Of a stretch of 64,000 nt of DNA, positions 39,130 through 51,577 are shown piece by piece. The position numbers and the translations under genes were made by a program. The stretch comes from Xylographa opegraphella (Eukaryota). The notes beneath the pieces are model-generated. The model saw nothing but the letters and a program-made list of their open reading frames with translations, was not told where the DNA came from and searched no databases. Position 1 is the first letter of the stretch; each line of letters begins with the position of its first letter. The stretch covers positions 124,001-188,000 of the forward strand of contig JALDZX010000025.1 in assembly GCA_022813865.1 (NCBI GenBank), written 5' to 3'.

Positions 39130-40020
39130 AGCCTCGTGGGAGCGGCCACGAATCGCGAATCGGCGCGAGGGACCGCCGCCTCCTGGCATATATGGTTGAC
39201 ACGATTCAGGAGTTCGGGCGCCTTGATGCGCGTCTTGGGGTTGACGTCGAGCAATCTGGGGCCGCAGGCTAGCGAACCACCGAGGCCGGGTGGGCCGTCG
39301 GCGGGGGAACTCGTCCCTCGGCCGCTTGATGGTTTTCGTGATGCACCAGTGGAGGTATGTGTGGCCCTCAGTGTCCTTTGGCCAGAAGCTGTCCTCGTCG
39401 GCTTTGTCGGAGGAGGCTGGGAGGCGGAGGGCCTGCCGGCGTTCGCGGAACTGCTGCGCTTCCTCGTAGCCCCACGAGGCCTAGGTGAGCATCTCGAGGA
39501 AGACGCAGCCGAGGGACCAGACGTCGTACGGCCGCGATATGGCCCCACCGTTGGCCGTGCCGTCGGGCGGGCTTCGTACATCTGCGTGCCGGTTGCAGTC
39601 GGCCAAGCACAAGTCTATACGATTGGATGACTCCTTGTTTGTTTCTGGGAAGCACAGGATGTTTTCCAGCTTGATATCGCGATGCTAGCCAGACTTTTGA
39701 ATCTCTTTGTGTGTAGCGGCATTGGCAGGGGAAAGTGCCAGACTGGATGGTGTGTTCGAAGCGGAAGCTGCCGTGACGGTGTGCACACTCTCCATAGCGC
39801 CGACTAATCCTCGAAACTGCCACAAAAGCCACAGTACATTGTCTTTGTTCATCGGGCCGAAAGCCGTTCGGCTCATGTATTCGATAATATTACATTCCGC
39901 CTACGGAAGTAGCATGTAATATCATCCGTCCTGTGTCCATGAAGCATAGTGGGTGACGATCCGCTTCTCAGATATGGAGGGACGCAGTTGCTCCAAAACG
40001 TCGACTTCCTTGCGAAAATC
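39130..40020 (-). pseudogene. Protein kinase pseudogene
   Basis: Minus-strand reading FRKEVDVL..YYMLLP*AEC..G*HRDIKLENILCF..AD/GTQMYEA/SRPYDVWSLGCVFLEMLT*..LLDVNPKTR with in-frame stops and frameshifts. Confidence 0.85.
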
Positions 40021-40894
40021 TACGTGCACTCGTTCAGAAAGGAGCGGGTCTTCCACGTTGGTGGGCGCTGTTTGGAGAAAGATGTAGACCATCGACCGTG
40101 TCCTGGATTCCTGCGATGATGTCCCCAGTCAGCCTCGTCCGCACCATGTCCATTCTCATCGCTGACCTTGCTCTTGGTCAGTATTAATCTCTGCAAAGGA
40201 CTTCGATAGCTGATCACTAATAGCCTTCTATCCCTCCAACAGCTCGTTGATGGTGAAGTGGAATGTCGGAAGATGGCTCCATAGAGGAGTCGTCTCATAC
40301 ACCAATAAAATTGATGGTGGTTACACAAAGATAATGATGCGCAAGTGGAAGCCTCTAAGATACCTGTTTCCCGTCAGGCGCAAATGCATGGCAAGAAATT
40401 AGGCAGACTGATTCTGTTGCTTGGTGGTGGTGCTCCACGGGCCAGAATGGCTGCTCCAAGACTAGTTGTGCCTGGGCTATGAGGCACACATGGCATCTTG
40501 CCAATAGCTACAACCCATACCATCACTGGCCATCCATGACAATGACTTTGAAATGAATAATTAGAATGAAAAGCGTCTCCTAGAATCCTCCGACAAGGCC
40601 AGATAGAATGATGACAACTCTTGAAATACTAACACCGGTAGCCTTACTGTGGTGCTTCCTGAGATGCTATCCGATTGGATTAGGATAGGCGACGATGCGG
40701 GCGCGCGGTGTCTTGAACAGGCAAGAGGCTCCAGTGTAGATCGGGCGTCAGCTCCACCGGCCGTCCGCGACATGATAACGACGAGAATGAGGCGCAGAAA
40801 AGAACAGGGCAATATTCTGGTACACCGTTCGAGTACTATTCTCATGTATGAAATACTGAGCACTAGGACCACTAGGGACAAATGAGCCACCTGT

Positions 40895-41375
40895 AGACCA
40901 CCAAGACTGATTACTTTCACAGCCGTAGCGTCGCGAGTGTTTTTTTCGGTGAAAGTCCTCATCGTTATGTTTTCCATCTTGGCCTCCTTAGCCAGGTCTG
41001 TCAAGACACTTCCAGTCCCAATATCAGGAAGCCTGGGAAGCTATGGACGATTATCAGTACGAACAACGTAATGAATCAAAGTCGGCGGCTGAATCGGTCT
41101 GTATGATTACCAAGCTTAGAGTTCCGTCAACTTTCTTCTACAAGGTTTTCACTTTCCTGCGTAGTAGTTCGATCTCCTTATGCTTCTCCTTCAGAGCCAG
41201 CTGGAAAGAGTCCAATGAATCATCAAGGTTCATCGACGAGCCATTTGCACTATCGCAGAACTGCTCGTAATTCCCAGTCGAAGTTACGGTAGTACGGTGT
41301 CTTGAGTTGAGGATCAAAGGATATCAATGATCTGATCTTCAAGGTCTTTTGGTCGTTGACATAAATTGACTCCAT
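40895..41375 (-). pseudogene. Remnant of a fungal CorA-like (coiled-coil plus C-terminal TM) protein
   Basis: KDLEDQIIDIL..EIELLRRKVKTL*KKVDGTLSL / intron / LTDLAKEAKMENITMRTFTEKNTRDATAVKVI, ending where the TM helix should begin; stop codon and frameshift; family match from memory. Confidence 0.6.
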
Positions 41376-41719
41376 ACAGATTTTGCACCCAAGCCAATTC
41401 GTAATTGTATCCAGTTCGGACCAAGTAAGGTGTCTTTACATTGATTCGTTCAATGGACCGCATTTAGCGCTTAGGAAAGACAAGCTCTGGACCTGGGAGT
41501 TAAGAAGAGGTTTGCTAAACCTGCATCACTTGGTCTGCAGTGCAGACGCAACATGTTGTAGGCTGGCACGAGTGCGGCTGTGCTGGAGAGCGCCAGCCCC
41601 CCACCCGTCCAGCCGTATCACTGGGCTCGAGAAATGTCATTCTAGGTGACAAAACTATGACCACTCTCTTTCTCTGACATCTTTATCTATACCCAAAGTA
41701 CACTGGAACGAATACTACA

Positions 41720-44700
41720 ATGAGTTTCGGAGTTAGTATCAGTGACTTTTTGGCAGTCATCGAGTTGGCCAAAAGGATCAGAAAAGACTTCGCAGATGCC
41801 CCCAACGAGTTCAAGGGCGCCTTAGACGTGTACGCGCCCATAACACAGAACCGATCATTACTGACATATGTATTCATAGAGTGCGGAGCCTCTCGATTGT
41901 CCTTCAAGACGCTGAAGTAGCCGCATCGGGATGGGACCTTAGCCCTCAACAGGAAACAGATTTGCAGACTATTAGCGATGGCTGTCAGAGCATCCTTGCC
42001 GAGTTGGAACGCACATTGGCCAAATACACAGAGCTCGAATCACATCATACAGGGATAAGACGCAAGATAAAAAGAGTATGGAAGCGACTATCCATAGAAC
42101 CAGAGGATATCCGCAACCTTCGAAGTCGTGTTAACGATAATATCGCCTTACTGAATACCTTTACGTTACAGCAAACAAGAAACGACACTACGAGACTAGT
42201 GCGATACCAAGAAGATCAAGAACAGCAGTCGATCCTGGACTGGCTATGTCCGGTCGACTATTTTCCTCAACAGAATGACTTCCTCAGGCAGCGACAAGCC
42301 GGAACAGGACAGTGGCTCTTAGACTCGACTAAATTTAAAGCTTGGATAGAAACCAAGCATCAGACACTGTTTTGCCCGGGCATCCCAGGGGCCGGAAAGA
42401 CAATTCTTACGTCAATTGTGGTCGAACAGCTTTTTACACGCATTAGAGGCGATTGCAGTATTGCTTTCGCGTACATCTACTGCAATTTCAAACGGCAACA
42501 CGAGCAATCATTGGAACATCTACTTGCAAGCTTACTGAAGCAGCTGGCGCAAGGCAGACATCATCTGCCGGAGAATGTCAAAACCATCTATGCCCGGTGC
42601 AGAGATCAGGAGACCCGGCCGTCGGTAGATGACATCTCAGCGGTCCTTCAGTCTGTAGCCGCTGAATATTCGCGAGTCTTTATCGTCATCGACGCACTAG
42701 ACGAATGTCAAGTCAATAATGGCTGCTTAGCAAAATTACTATCGCACATCTCTAACCTTCAGAGCAAGTGTCGAGTGAATTTCTTTGCGACGTCAAGATT
42801 TATTCCAGACATCACGGAAAGATTTCAACGGGACGTGAGACTGGAGATTCGTGCCAACAAGCAAGACGTGCAGCGATATGTGGAAGGACATATTGATGAA
42901 CTGCCACGTTTTGTTCGACGTGACCCGGATCTGCAGCAGGAGATCAGCTCTGAGATTGTCAAAGCTGTCGATGGCATGTACGTTGCTTCTTCCTTGTTTC
43001 AAACCCCTGCTGATCTTAATAGGTTTCTACTTGCACAACTTCACATTCATTCTTTAAAGGGAAAGAGAGCACCAACGGCTGTCCGCGATGCTTTAAAGAA
43101 GCTGCCCACTGGCACAGAAGCATATGACTATGCATATTCTGATGCTATGAAACGAATTGAAGGACAGCTTTCAGATCAAGCAGAGCTTGCGAAGGAAGTT
43201 TTATCGTGGATCACTTGCGCAAAGAGACCGCTGACTACCTTGGAACTTCAGCATGCACTTGCTATCAAAGCCGACCATACGGAATTTGACGAAGGCAATA
43301 AACCAGACATTGAGGATATTGTTTCAGTATGTGCCGGACTGGTCACAGTTGACGAGGAAGGTGGTATCATTCGCCTCGTCCATTACACAACACAAGAATA
43401 TTTCGAGCGGACGCAAAAGGAATGGTTTCCAACAGCAGATTTCGATATTTCGGCAAGCTGCGTGACCTACCTTTCATTTTCCGTTTTTGCATACGTTGAA
43501 CACGTGCGTAGGATTAATGGGGTTCCATCGTATGTTCATTGCAGAATCCTATATTTTTATTAATTTTAATTATTTTCAAGAGTCTGTTACGAGAAATCTT
43601 ACAATCGAGAGGTTTCGGACTATTACAATGATGCAGAGGATCGGGAAGATAATACCTACGAGGGTCGCTTTCGAGAGCGAATGCTACTCTATCCGCTGTA
43701 TGACTATGCTACACAGTATTGGGGACATCATGCCCGCCAGGCATTAAGTCTTCCTCGCGGAGTTCTTGAGCTTTTGCAGTGCGAAATCAAAGCAGAAGCA
43801 GCAGCTCAAGCATTGCTGTACCGGTGGCCTCATGGCGGATACACCCAAAAGTTTCCAGGGCAGATGACGGGACTGCATTTAGCGGCGTATTTTGGAATTA
43901 CAGAATCATTTGCGAAAATTCTGCAAAGTGCTTCGGTCAACGCGAAGGACAGCTACGATCGAACGCCGTTGTCGCATGCCGCCGAGGAAGGGCACTCAAC
44001 CGTGGTCAAGCAGCTGCTCGAGGCCGGAGCCGATATCGAGTCGAAGGACCAACGAGGTCAAACTTCGTTACATTATGCTGTTGGAAATGGTCACTTAGCC
44101 GTGGTCAAGCAGCTACTCGAGGCCGGAGCCGATATCGAGTCGAAGGGCCAACGAGGTCAAACTTCGTTACATTATGCTGTTGGAAATGGTCACTTAGCCG
44201 TGATCAAGCAGCTACTCGAGGCCGGAGCCAAGGTCGAGTCGAAGGACAAAGAAGGTCAAACTTCGTTACATTATGCTGCTGAAAATGGTCACTTAGCCGT
44301 GGTCAAGCAGCTGCTCGAGGCCGGAGCCGAGATTGACTCAAAGGACATAGACGGTCGAACGCCGTTATCGCATACCGCCGGGAAAGGGCATTCAACCGTG
44401 GTTAAGCAGCTGCTCGAGGCCGGAGCCGAGATTGACTCTAAGAATAATCACGGTCAAACGCCACTATTGTATGCCGTCTGGGTAGGATATTCAACCGTGG
44501 TTAAGCAGCTGCTCGAGGCCGGAGCCGAGGTCGACTTGAAGGATAATTACGGTCGAACGCCGTTATCGGATACCGCCTGGAAAGGGCATTTAATCGTGGT
44601 TGAGCAGCTACTCGAGGCCGGAGCCGATATCGAGTCGAAGGACAAAGAAGGTAAAACTTCGTTATATTATGCTGCTGTAATGGGGCATTCAATCGTGGTT

Positions 44701-45043
44701 AAGCAGCTGCTCGAGGCCGGAGCCGAGGTCGACTTGAAGGATAAATACGGTCAAACGCCGTTAACGTATGCCGCCTGGAAAGGGCATTCAACCGTGGTTA
44801 AGCAGCTGCTCGAGGCCGGAGCCGATATCGAGTCGAAGGACAAAGAAGGTAAAACTTCGTTACATTATGCTACTAAAAAATGGTCACTTAGTCGTGGTCA
44901 AGCAGCTGCTCGAGGCCCGAGCCGACCCCGCGTCAAAGGATAAGTACAGTCGAACGCCGCTATCGTATGCCCTTAAGGACGAGTACTGGTCCCCATCACC
45001 ACGTAAAAATGATAGCCCCGATGGAATCTTTCAAGGTGTCTAA
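41720..45043 (+). CDS. Fungal NLR-like STAND protein: SesA/HeLo-like N-terminus, NACHT, winged helix, ankyrin repeats (frameshift in last full repeat)
   Basis: MSFGVSISDFLAV N-terminus; Walker A GIPGAGKT, Walker B FIVIDALDEC, LTTLELQHALA and RLVHYTTQEYF; introns ~41829-41878, ~42979-43022 and 43530-43580; as read the ORF stops at 44943, the shifted frame at 45043. Confidence 0.88.
43945..44970 (+). repeat. Tandem 99-bp ankyrin repeat array (~10 units, high internal identity)
   Basis: Near-invariant AAGCAGCT(G/A)CTCGAGGCCGGAGCC (KQLLEAGA) recurs every 99 bp. Confidence 0.95.
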
Positions 45044-45689
45044 ACAGCGTATGAAAACGATTCGTAATGACAAGCTCTAGTTCATAAGGGTTTTTACCAT
45101 CCCATCAGTTGTCCCTGACTGGTTCTGACCGCCAAGCGCGACTGAAAGGAGCCAAACCTGTGCAAGGGTGACGACGGGCTTGGCTGCAAAGTTCCAGCGC
45201 TTTGCGCAGGCGGAAATCGAGACTGTTCGGGTTCAGGTGCGGAGCCAGCCGCCGCAGCATCACGATCGACCGGGTTGACGGAGTGGAGCATTCTGAAAGG
45301 CGTCAGTCATGAAAAGCCTACGGCTCTGAGGCTAGCGCAGGGGTGGAGATTTGTGAAGGTGAACGATAGGGGCAGAGCGAACGTGCCACACACGCGTGCG
45401 AATAGTATTGTTGTCGGTGTGGTCCGGAGACATGGCTCATCCATTTATCGCGAGGGTGTACGCTGTTCGTAATTTCGGATTTTGCCTGAAGGTGACAGTC
45501 AGAAACATCGCTCAGAAGCCCTTGATGTGCGCCTTCTATTCAGGATGACCATTTGGAACAGTGCTCTTGTTATATGCTATGAGCTTCACATAGCAGATCA
45601 TGCCCAAGCTCCACGCAATGCCAATCATCTCGGAAATGCGCCGATGCATCGTGGATGCCGCGCTATGCAATGCTATCGACCAGCAGATC

Positions 45690-48489
45690 CTAGCCAGTAG
45701 TTTTCGCAAACACAAAGGATACGTCGATCGTCTCATCTTTCAGCACATCTAGTAGTATATCATCGTGAATGAGCGCTTCCATGTTCTCATCCATCCCCGG
45801 CTTGAAGTCCAAGGTGTTGACATGTGAGTAATTCATCAGGGACAGCAGCTTCGCTCCGCGACCCTTGGTCTTCGCCGCTTCTGCCGCCTCTCGTATCTTC
45901 CTTTCCTGATCCTCCATGTTGACCTGAGAAGACTTCAGAAGGGTGGGTATATCCAGAAGCTCATCATCCTCATCGACAGGATCTTCTATAGCCTCCTCAT
46001 CTACCGGTGAGACATCCGGCAACCCCTTTCCACCACATTTACAGCCAATCAGTTCGTGTGTTTGACAAGCGAGCTTCTCATCCAGCGTGAACAGGTCCTT
46101 CAGCTCCTCCTGCGTGAAGCTACTGGCGCCACCCTTCTTATCCATCACACTACTCGCAAGGCCGAGCTTCGTTACTTGCCGCTGCCAGATCTTCTCGTCC
46201 AAGCCACCGGCCATGAGAAATCGGTAGATGACACATGGGCGTTTCTGGCCATCACGATGGATCCGAGCCATCGCTTGCGCATCAATGGATGGGTTCCAGT
46301 CTACGTCGAACAATACTAACCGCGAAGCGCCAATGAGGTTGATGCCCAACCCACCGGCTTTAGCCGAGAGGAGAAAAGCAGTAATGGCGCTGGCAGGTGC
46401 TCTGTTGAAAGTCTCCACCAGATCTTGACGCTTGCTGGCAGGCGTGGTTCCATCGAGGCGCAAATATTTGATGCCATTTTTTGTCAGGAAAATCTGTAGT
46501 TGATCGAGTGTGGTAGTAAAGTTTGAAACAAGCACGATTTTTTCGGAAGTCGTGTTTTGCAGAGTATGGAGGAGTTGATCGAGCACGCGGATCTTCGTAC
46601 TACTACCCTGTTCATGCAGGAGATGGCGAGGTATACTTGCTATAAGCGAAGCAGTGAGAGGATTGATAGGCTTTTCGGAATTATTCGTGACCATGTCGCC
46701 GAGCAGTTTCGGACCATTGCAAACTTTCCTCAACAAGGTGATCAGCTGTAGTTGAGTTTCCGAACTACCCAAGGCCGACTGGAACATCGGAGATGCAAGC
46801 ACGTGCTTGTACACCTCGGCTTGAGCCGGTGTGGGACGACATAGGAGGACGTACTCGGTCTTTGGTGGCAGATACTTTGAAAGAATGTCTGCTGTACGTC
46901 TGAGAATAAACTTCGTAGTCTCGGAAGCCAGTTCAGCACTCCTTGCTTCTCCCAGCTCAACCTCTTCGCTATTGGCCTCTGGCTGCCTGCTCTTCAAGAT
47001 GGGATTCTCAAATTTCTTTGTGAATAACTTGTACGTCTCAAGAAGTCCTGGATTGACGAAATCGACCATCATGAAGAACTCGCTGAGATCATTCTGGATC
47101 GGCGTTCCTGAAAGAATAACCCTTCTCGTGGTATTCAACGACTTGATAGCCTGTGCACTTTTGTTCGTTGCTGTCTTCAAACGATGTCCTTCGTCGGCAA
47201 TGACGATGTCGATCCCACCGCCCTTCTTCAGCTCTTCTGTAACACTTCTTATTTTTTCATACCCGATGATCATCACGTTATAGCTCTTGCTCTTAGTAAA
47301 GTCGGAAAGTCTTATTTTCGTATTATCTGCAACAAAAACGCCGATTCGCTCATTGCCCAGCCACTTCCGGAACTCTTTCTTCCAGTTGTTGATCAGGGTA
47401 ACCGGGCACACTATCAAAGCTTTCTTGATAACCGGAGCTTCTTCGTATATTGGATTCTGCTTGAGGAGAGTCCATATCAAGGCAATGGTTTGCAAAGTCT
47501 TACCTAAGCCCATCTCATCGGCCAAAATCGCACCTTCTCCATTGAAGCCGCGCATCCCCATGACACACTCATATAAAAACTTGACGCCTTCACATTGATG
47601 GTCACGCAGATGTTTCGTCAAGATTGGGTCAATCACAACGTCAACGATAACCTTACCGTCTTGGACGCCTTGCGGTCTCTTCATCACTATTGCGCCTGGT
47701 GTAGAAGGGTCGTGCCGAGGTGTGGGTGTCTTGCCTTCCTTTTTTGGCATGATGTTGTTCACCAGCATTGGATTTTTCCATTGCGATTTTGACGCAAGAC
47801 TTTGTGGTGCGGCTATGTTGAGCTTCTTCTTCAACCCTTCCTTTTCGATATCAACTTCCTTCTTCAACGACAGCTTTGGCCTGATAGGTGCAGTAAGCGG
47901 AGTCGCAGGTGCTGTGGATTGATTGCTCGAATTCGACAACGTGCCACTCTCTAGATAGTCTTCCCGGGACAGAATTGACTCTATCTCGACATCTTTACCT
48001 GCAATAGAAAGCTTCGATTCTGGAAGCAAGGGCTCATCGCATGTTGTTCTACCCATATCCTTTCCAGATACATCTTGCAGATATGCAAACCCGTCAACAA
48101 CCCGGACGATACCGTCGCCATCCCATGTCTTGTGCTTTTTCGTTGTGTATTTTCGCCTAAAAATTACACACCTCAGCTAGTATCCTTAAGGAAATAATCT
48201 AGGCATCGTACCATAAGACATTATAGTAGCACGTCTCCGACTGTTGATCTTTCTGACGGCTGTCTGACGAGACGGCGGTGTTGAGGACTGATTGAAGAGG
48301 TTTTCGGGGTAAGGAAGATACCCCAGGCGTTCTGAACACGAGTCGGGGTAGTGACTTGATCTCGACCGAATCAACATTCTCATTCAGCCGCAGCCGTTTT
48401 GCAGGAGGACTCTGTGGATGATCATTGACTTGAGCTTGGTTCGGACTCTCCTTCTTCAAAAAAGGCGGCCTGAAGGGCTTCATTGTCAT
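45690..48489 (-). CDS. RDH54: SNF2-family dsDNA translocase Rad54B/Rdh54
   Basis: ILADEMGLGKTLQ, DEGHRLK, LSGTPIQNDL and QAMARIHRDGQK; N-terminus MKPFRPP..YYNVLW/RKYTTKKHKTWDGDG across one intron near 48160-48210. Confidence 0.9.
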
Positions 48490-49612
48490 ATTTGCTGATC
48501 CCCTAAGCCCCCATCACCGCCTAACAGCGTTAAGTATAGCGTTGCATTCATGCTTCGATGTTTGGGGTATGGCAAATGCCGTTAACGCGGAAAGCCGAAA
48601 GTGCTTTTACCTACGCGTAAGTTAAGCGCGTCTGAATTAATCTAGGCTCCTCTCGCTTAGTTTCCAAGATTGTGTGACTTCTTGGTTAGATTTATCGCAA
48701 CTACGGAGGGGATTCTGCATTCATCTTCAGAATATTCTCAAATCAGTTATCAAGGAATGTGTGCATGTAACCATAAACAATTAGCTGGTATGAGTTTGAT
48801 GCATGACTAGATTTGGGTGTTGATGATCAGTAGGGGCACAAATCGCGGTATTGCTTTGATAATGTCATTGGCATTATTTTAAAATGAGTGATGATTGAAT
48901 TTAAGAAAGAATTCATTTCCAACTCCTATGTTCAAAATTGCGTAATTTTTGCTTTTATGCTTTGTGAACATTCAATTTGATTCACCTCACAATTTAGAAA
49001 CGTTGTCGGACATGGTTCTCACGTGTGAGCGCACTGGGAAAATGTATCGGGCGCCGCTCCTCAGTTCTTGAGCTTGCAATCCTTCTACCCGTGTAGCGGA
49101 AGTATCACAAGCGCTGGAATTGCCTCGCCGCGTCAACAGAAGCCCCAGCTAATCCAGCCAAGAAGCGCAAAAGCCTCGAAAGCGTCACGGACCTGGAGCA
49201 ATGTACGTGGTGGCCTCGAACAGTTCAGAAAGCTATGTTATTAATCAGCTATCTGATACAATTCAAGCAACTGCCTGGGTTGATTGGACGCACCTTGGCT
49301 TGGTGGAGGGTCGACAGACCGCGAGCAGAGAAGGAGGAACAAGCTAACCAATTGAAGGTCTCATCGGAGAAGAACCTACCTGTTCAATCAAATCACCCCA
49401 GTTCCAAATACACCTCGAGCTAGCCATCCATAATGAATTGGAGATCTTGCCATGATAGTCAGGACTTCACATCAGAAGGGCTGCCAATAACGTACAGGAC
49501 AGCAAGGCTTAGAAGCAGTGTCATTGGTGAGGCGCCCATCACGTGAAATGTGCCTCCCCAGATGATGCTAAGCAGAGCGTTGCGCGGTCAACAATACGGC
49601 GTAGTGATGCAA

Positions 49613-50782
49613 TCAACTTTTCAGGCGTTCCATCGTCTGCGTAATCATAGATTGTATCTGTTTCCATCTTTCTAGGAGAAGTTCTCGCTGGGTAGCCTGG
49701 CCAACGTTTAGCTTCAGTATGTCTGCCATGGTCTTTTTGATCGTCTGTAAAAATGTGTCTAGCATCTGCATTAGCAGGACATCAACCTTTCCTTGTGAAG
49801 CCTCCCCATCATCCCCAGCGTCAACAAATCTGCGCCATTGCGCCGACGTACTGCACAGCAGCCGCAACGCCACTTGCGTCCTGTGACACCCGGCCGTCTC
49901 AGCATCCAGCATATATCTACCCAGGAAGCCACTCCCTTCCAACTCCGCCTTCTGCGTCGTGTTCAAGTTTGGCAGAATCACTTCATCAAGACACACCTCA
50001 TCCCACCTGTTTTTTGCCAGCACAAACCCATATTCAGTCAGCAGGAAATCATTTGAATGCCCGCCGTAGGAGATGTAGACTTCCTCGCTCGCACCGTACG
50101 CGCGGTCCGCCACAATGGTATAGCTCTCCGGCGAGAACGACACCTGACAGCCACTATCTGCATGGTTGAGCAAGTCCGCGACTGGTAACAAAGCCAGCTT
50201 GTCGTTGTGAGGGAACGTCTTCATCATCGAAGTCTCATAGTAGAACGTCCTCGTATTGACAATGAACCAAGCATACAAATAGTCCTGCCGCTGCAGACTC
50301 AAAAATACCTTTGCGACACTATCCCATTCCTGCTGGAACTTGGCCTGCTGTTTCTTCAGAAGGTCCTTCGCTGGCTTCGGAAGCAGATTCTGCAGTTCCA
50401 CGGGCCACATGAACGGCGTACTGGCCTCGAAGTCGGCCCACGTAGGTAGCACGGCGGTCCACGGGGCGAATTTGGCAGTCTTGTCCAGTGCTAAGGCGGC
50501 GGCCAGGAGGGCGTGGATAGATACATCTGCGGGAAGTTTCCGAGGAATGCTTCTGGGAATCGTGTGCAGACTCCGCAGAGCCTCAGTCGGCACCGTGAGG
50601 ATAGTCTCTCCTGCCTACCAACTGAGTCAAACGGGCCTTTCAATCATCGCGTGGCCTAATACCTTCAATGGACGCGTCGCAACCACTCCGAGCCCTCGAC
50701 CTGGGATCCTCTGAGGCTTGATCCCGTCCAATTCAACCCCTTTGTCCTCCGCCCAGTGGACTAAATTTTGGGCCATATCCAT
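49613..50782 (-). CDS. SET-domain lysine methyltransferase (Rkm2/Set11-like)
   Basis: GRGLGVVA in exon 1; VNTRTFYY, ALLPVADLLNH and EVYISYGGHSNDFLLTEYGF; intron ~50615-50662. Confidence 0.85.
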
Positions 50783-51577
50783 CGTGCGGAAGCCGTAGAG
50801 AAGGATGCTCTTCTTTCTGAAACAGAAGTGATCTGGCGGACCTCCATTTACATGAAGCTACACTTGACGCCTAGCGTATCTACACGTACCTCCGCAAGCG
50901 GCCAAATGCTGGTTAAATCACTTAGTACGAGGTACCTTTCATGCTTGCAATATGGCTTGATAAGGGACCTCTGTGGTCAGATCCCCAAGGAAACATCAAT
51001 ATCATGCTACGGCCCATGCGGTAGTGGTTTCGATGCGTGAAAGGTCTGATCAATATACTAGGCAACAAAACCATTAATTACCAAGCCCCTTTCCCTCCGC
51101 CCTTACCGGGATCACGAACGAATAATATAAGCACATTCTCCTATCCCCCATAATTCGTGACATTTAGCTGATACTTAACATTCTACACTTACACGTCACT
51201 TTAACGACTCGCCCCGAACCTCCGTCATTACATCCCAAAATTCTCCTCTCACGACAGCATCTGATCGTTCAGGCGTGTACGAATACTCCATCCAACCACG
51301 ATCTCATTCCCATGTCACCAATCCCAACCATCCAAATTAGTGAGTTTGCGAATCGGATGTAGAGGGGCGTATTATGGACCAGAAAGGCTTAATTTATCCC
51401 AAGGGCGATGTGGATGATTCGTTAAAGGCAACAAATTATCGTCCAACTAATGACAAAGTGCTAAGAACGCGCAAAAAGTTGAATTGACTATCTGCCTCCG
51501 CTCTTACGTAGCGCCTCTCTTTATGAACCGTGATATCTAGATCCGAATGCTCCTCCTGAAGAAAACTATCCCCAATC

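Noticed and set aside
48700..49000. AT-rich stretch upstream of RDH54, possible RIP-degraded transposon
   Set aside because: Short, with no terminal repeats or transposase remnants seen
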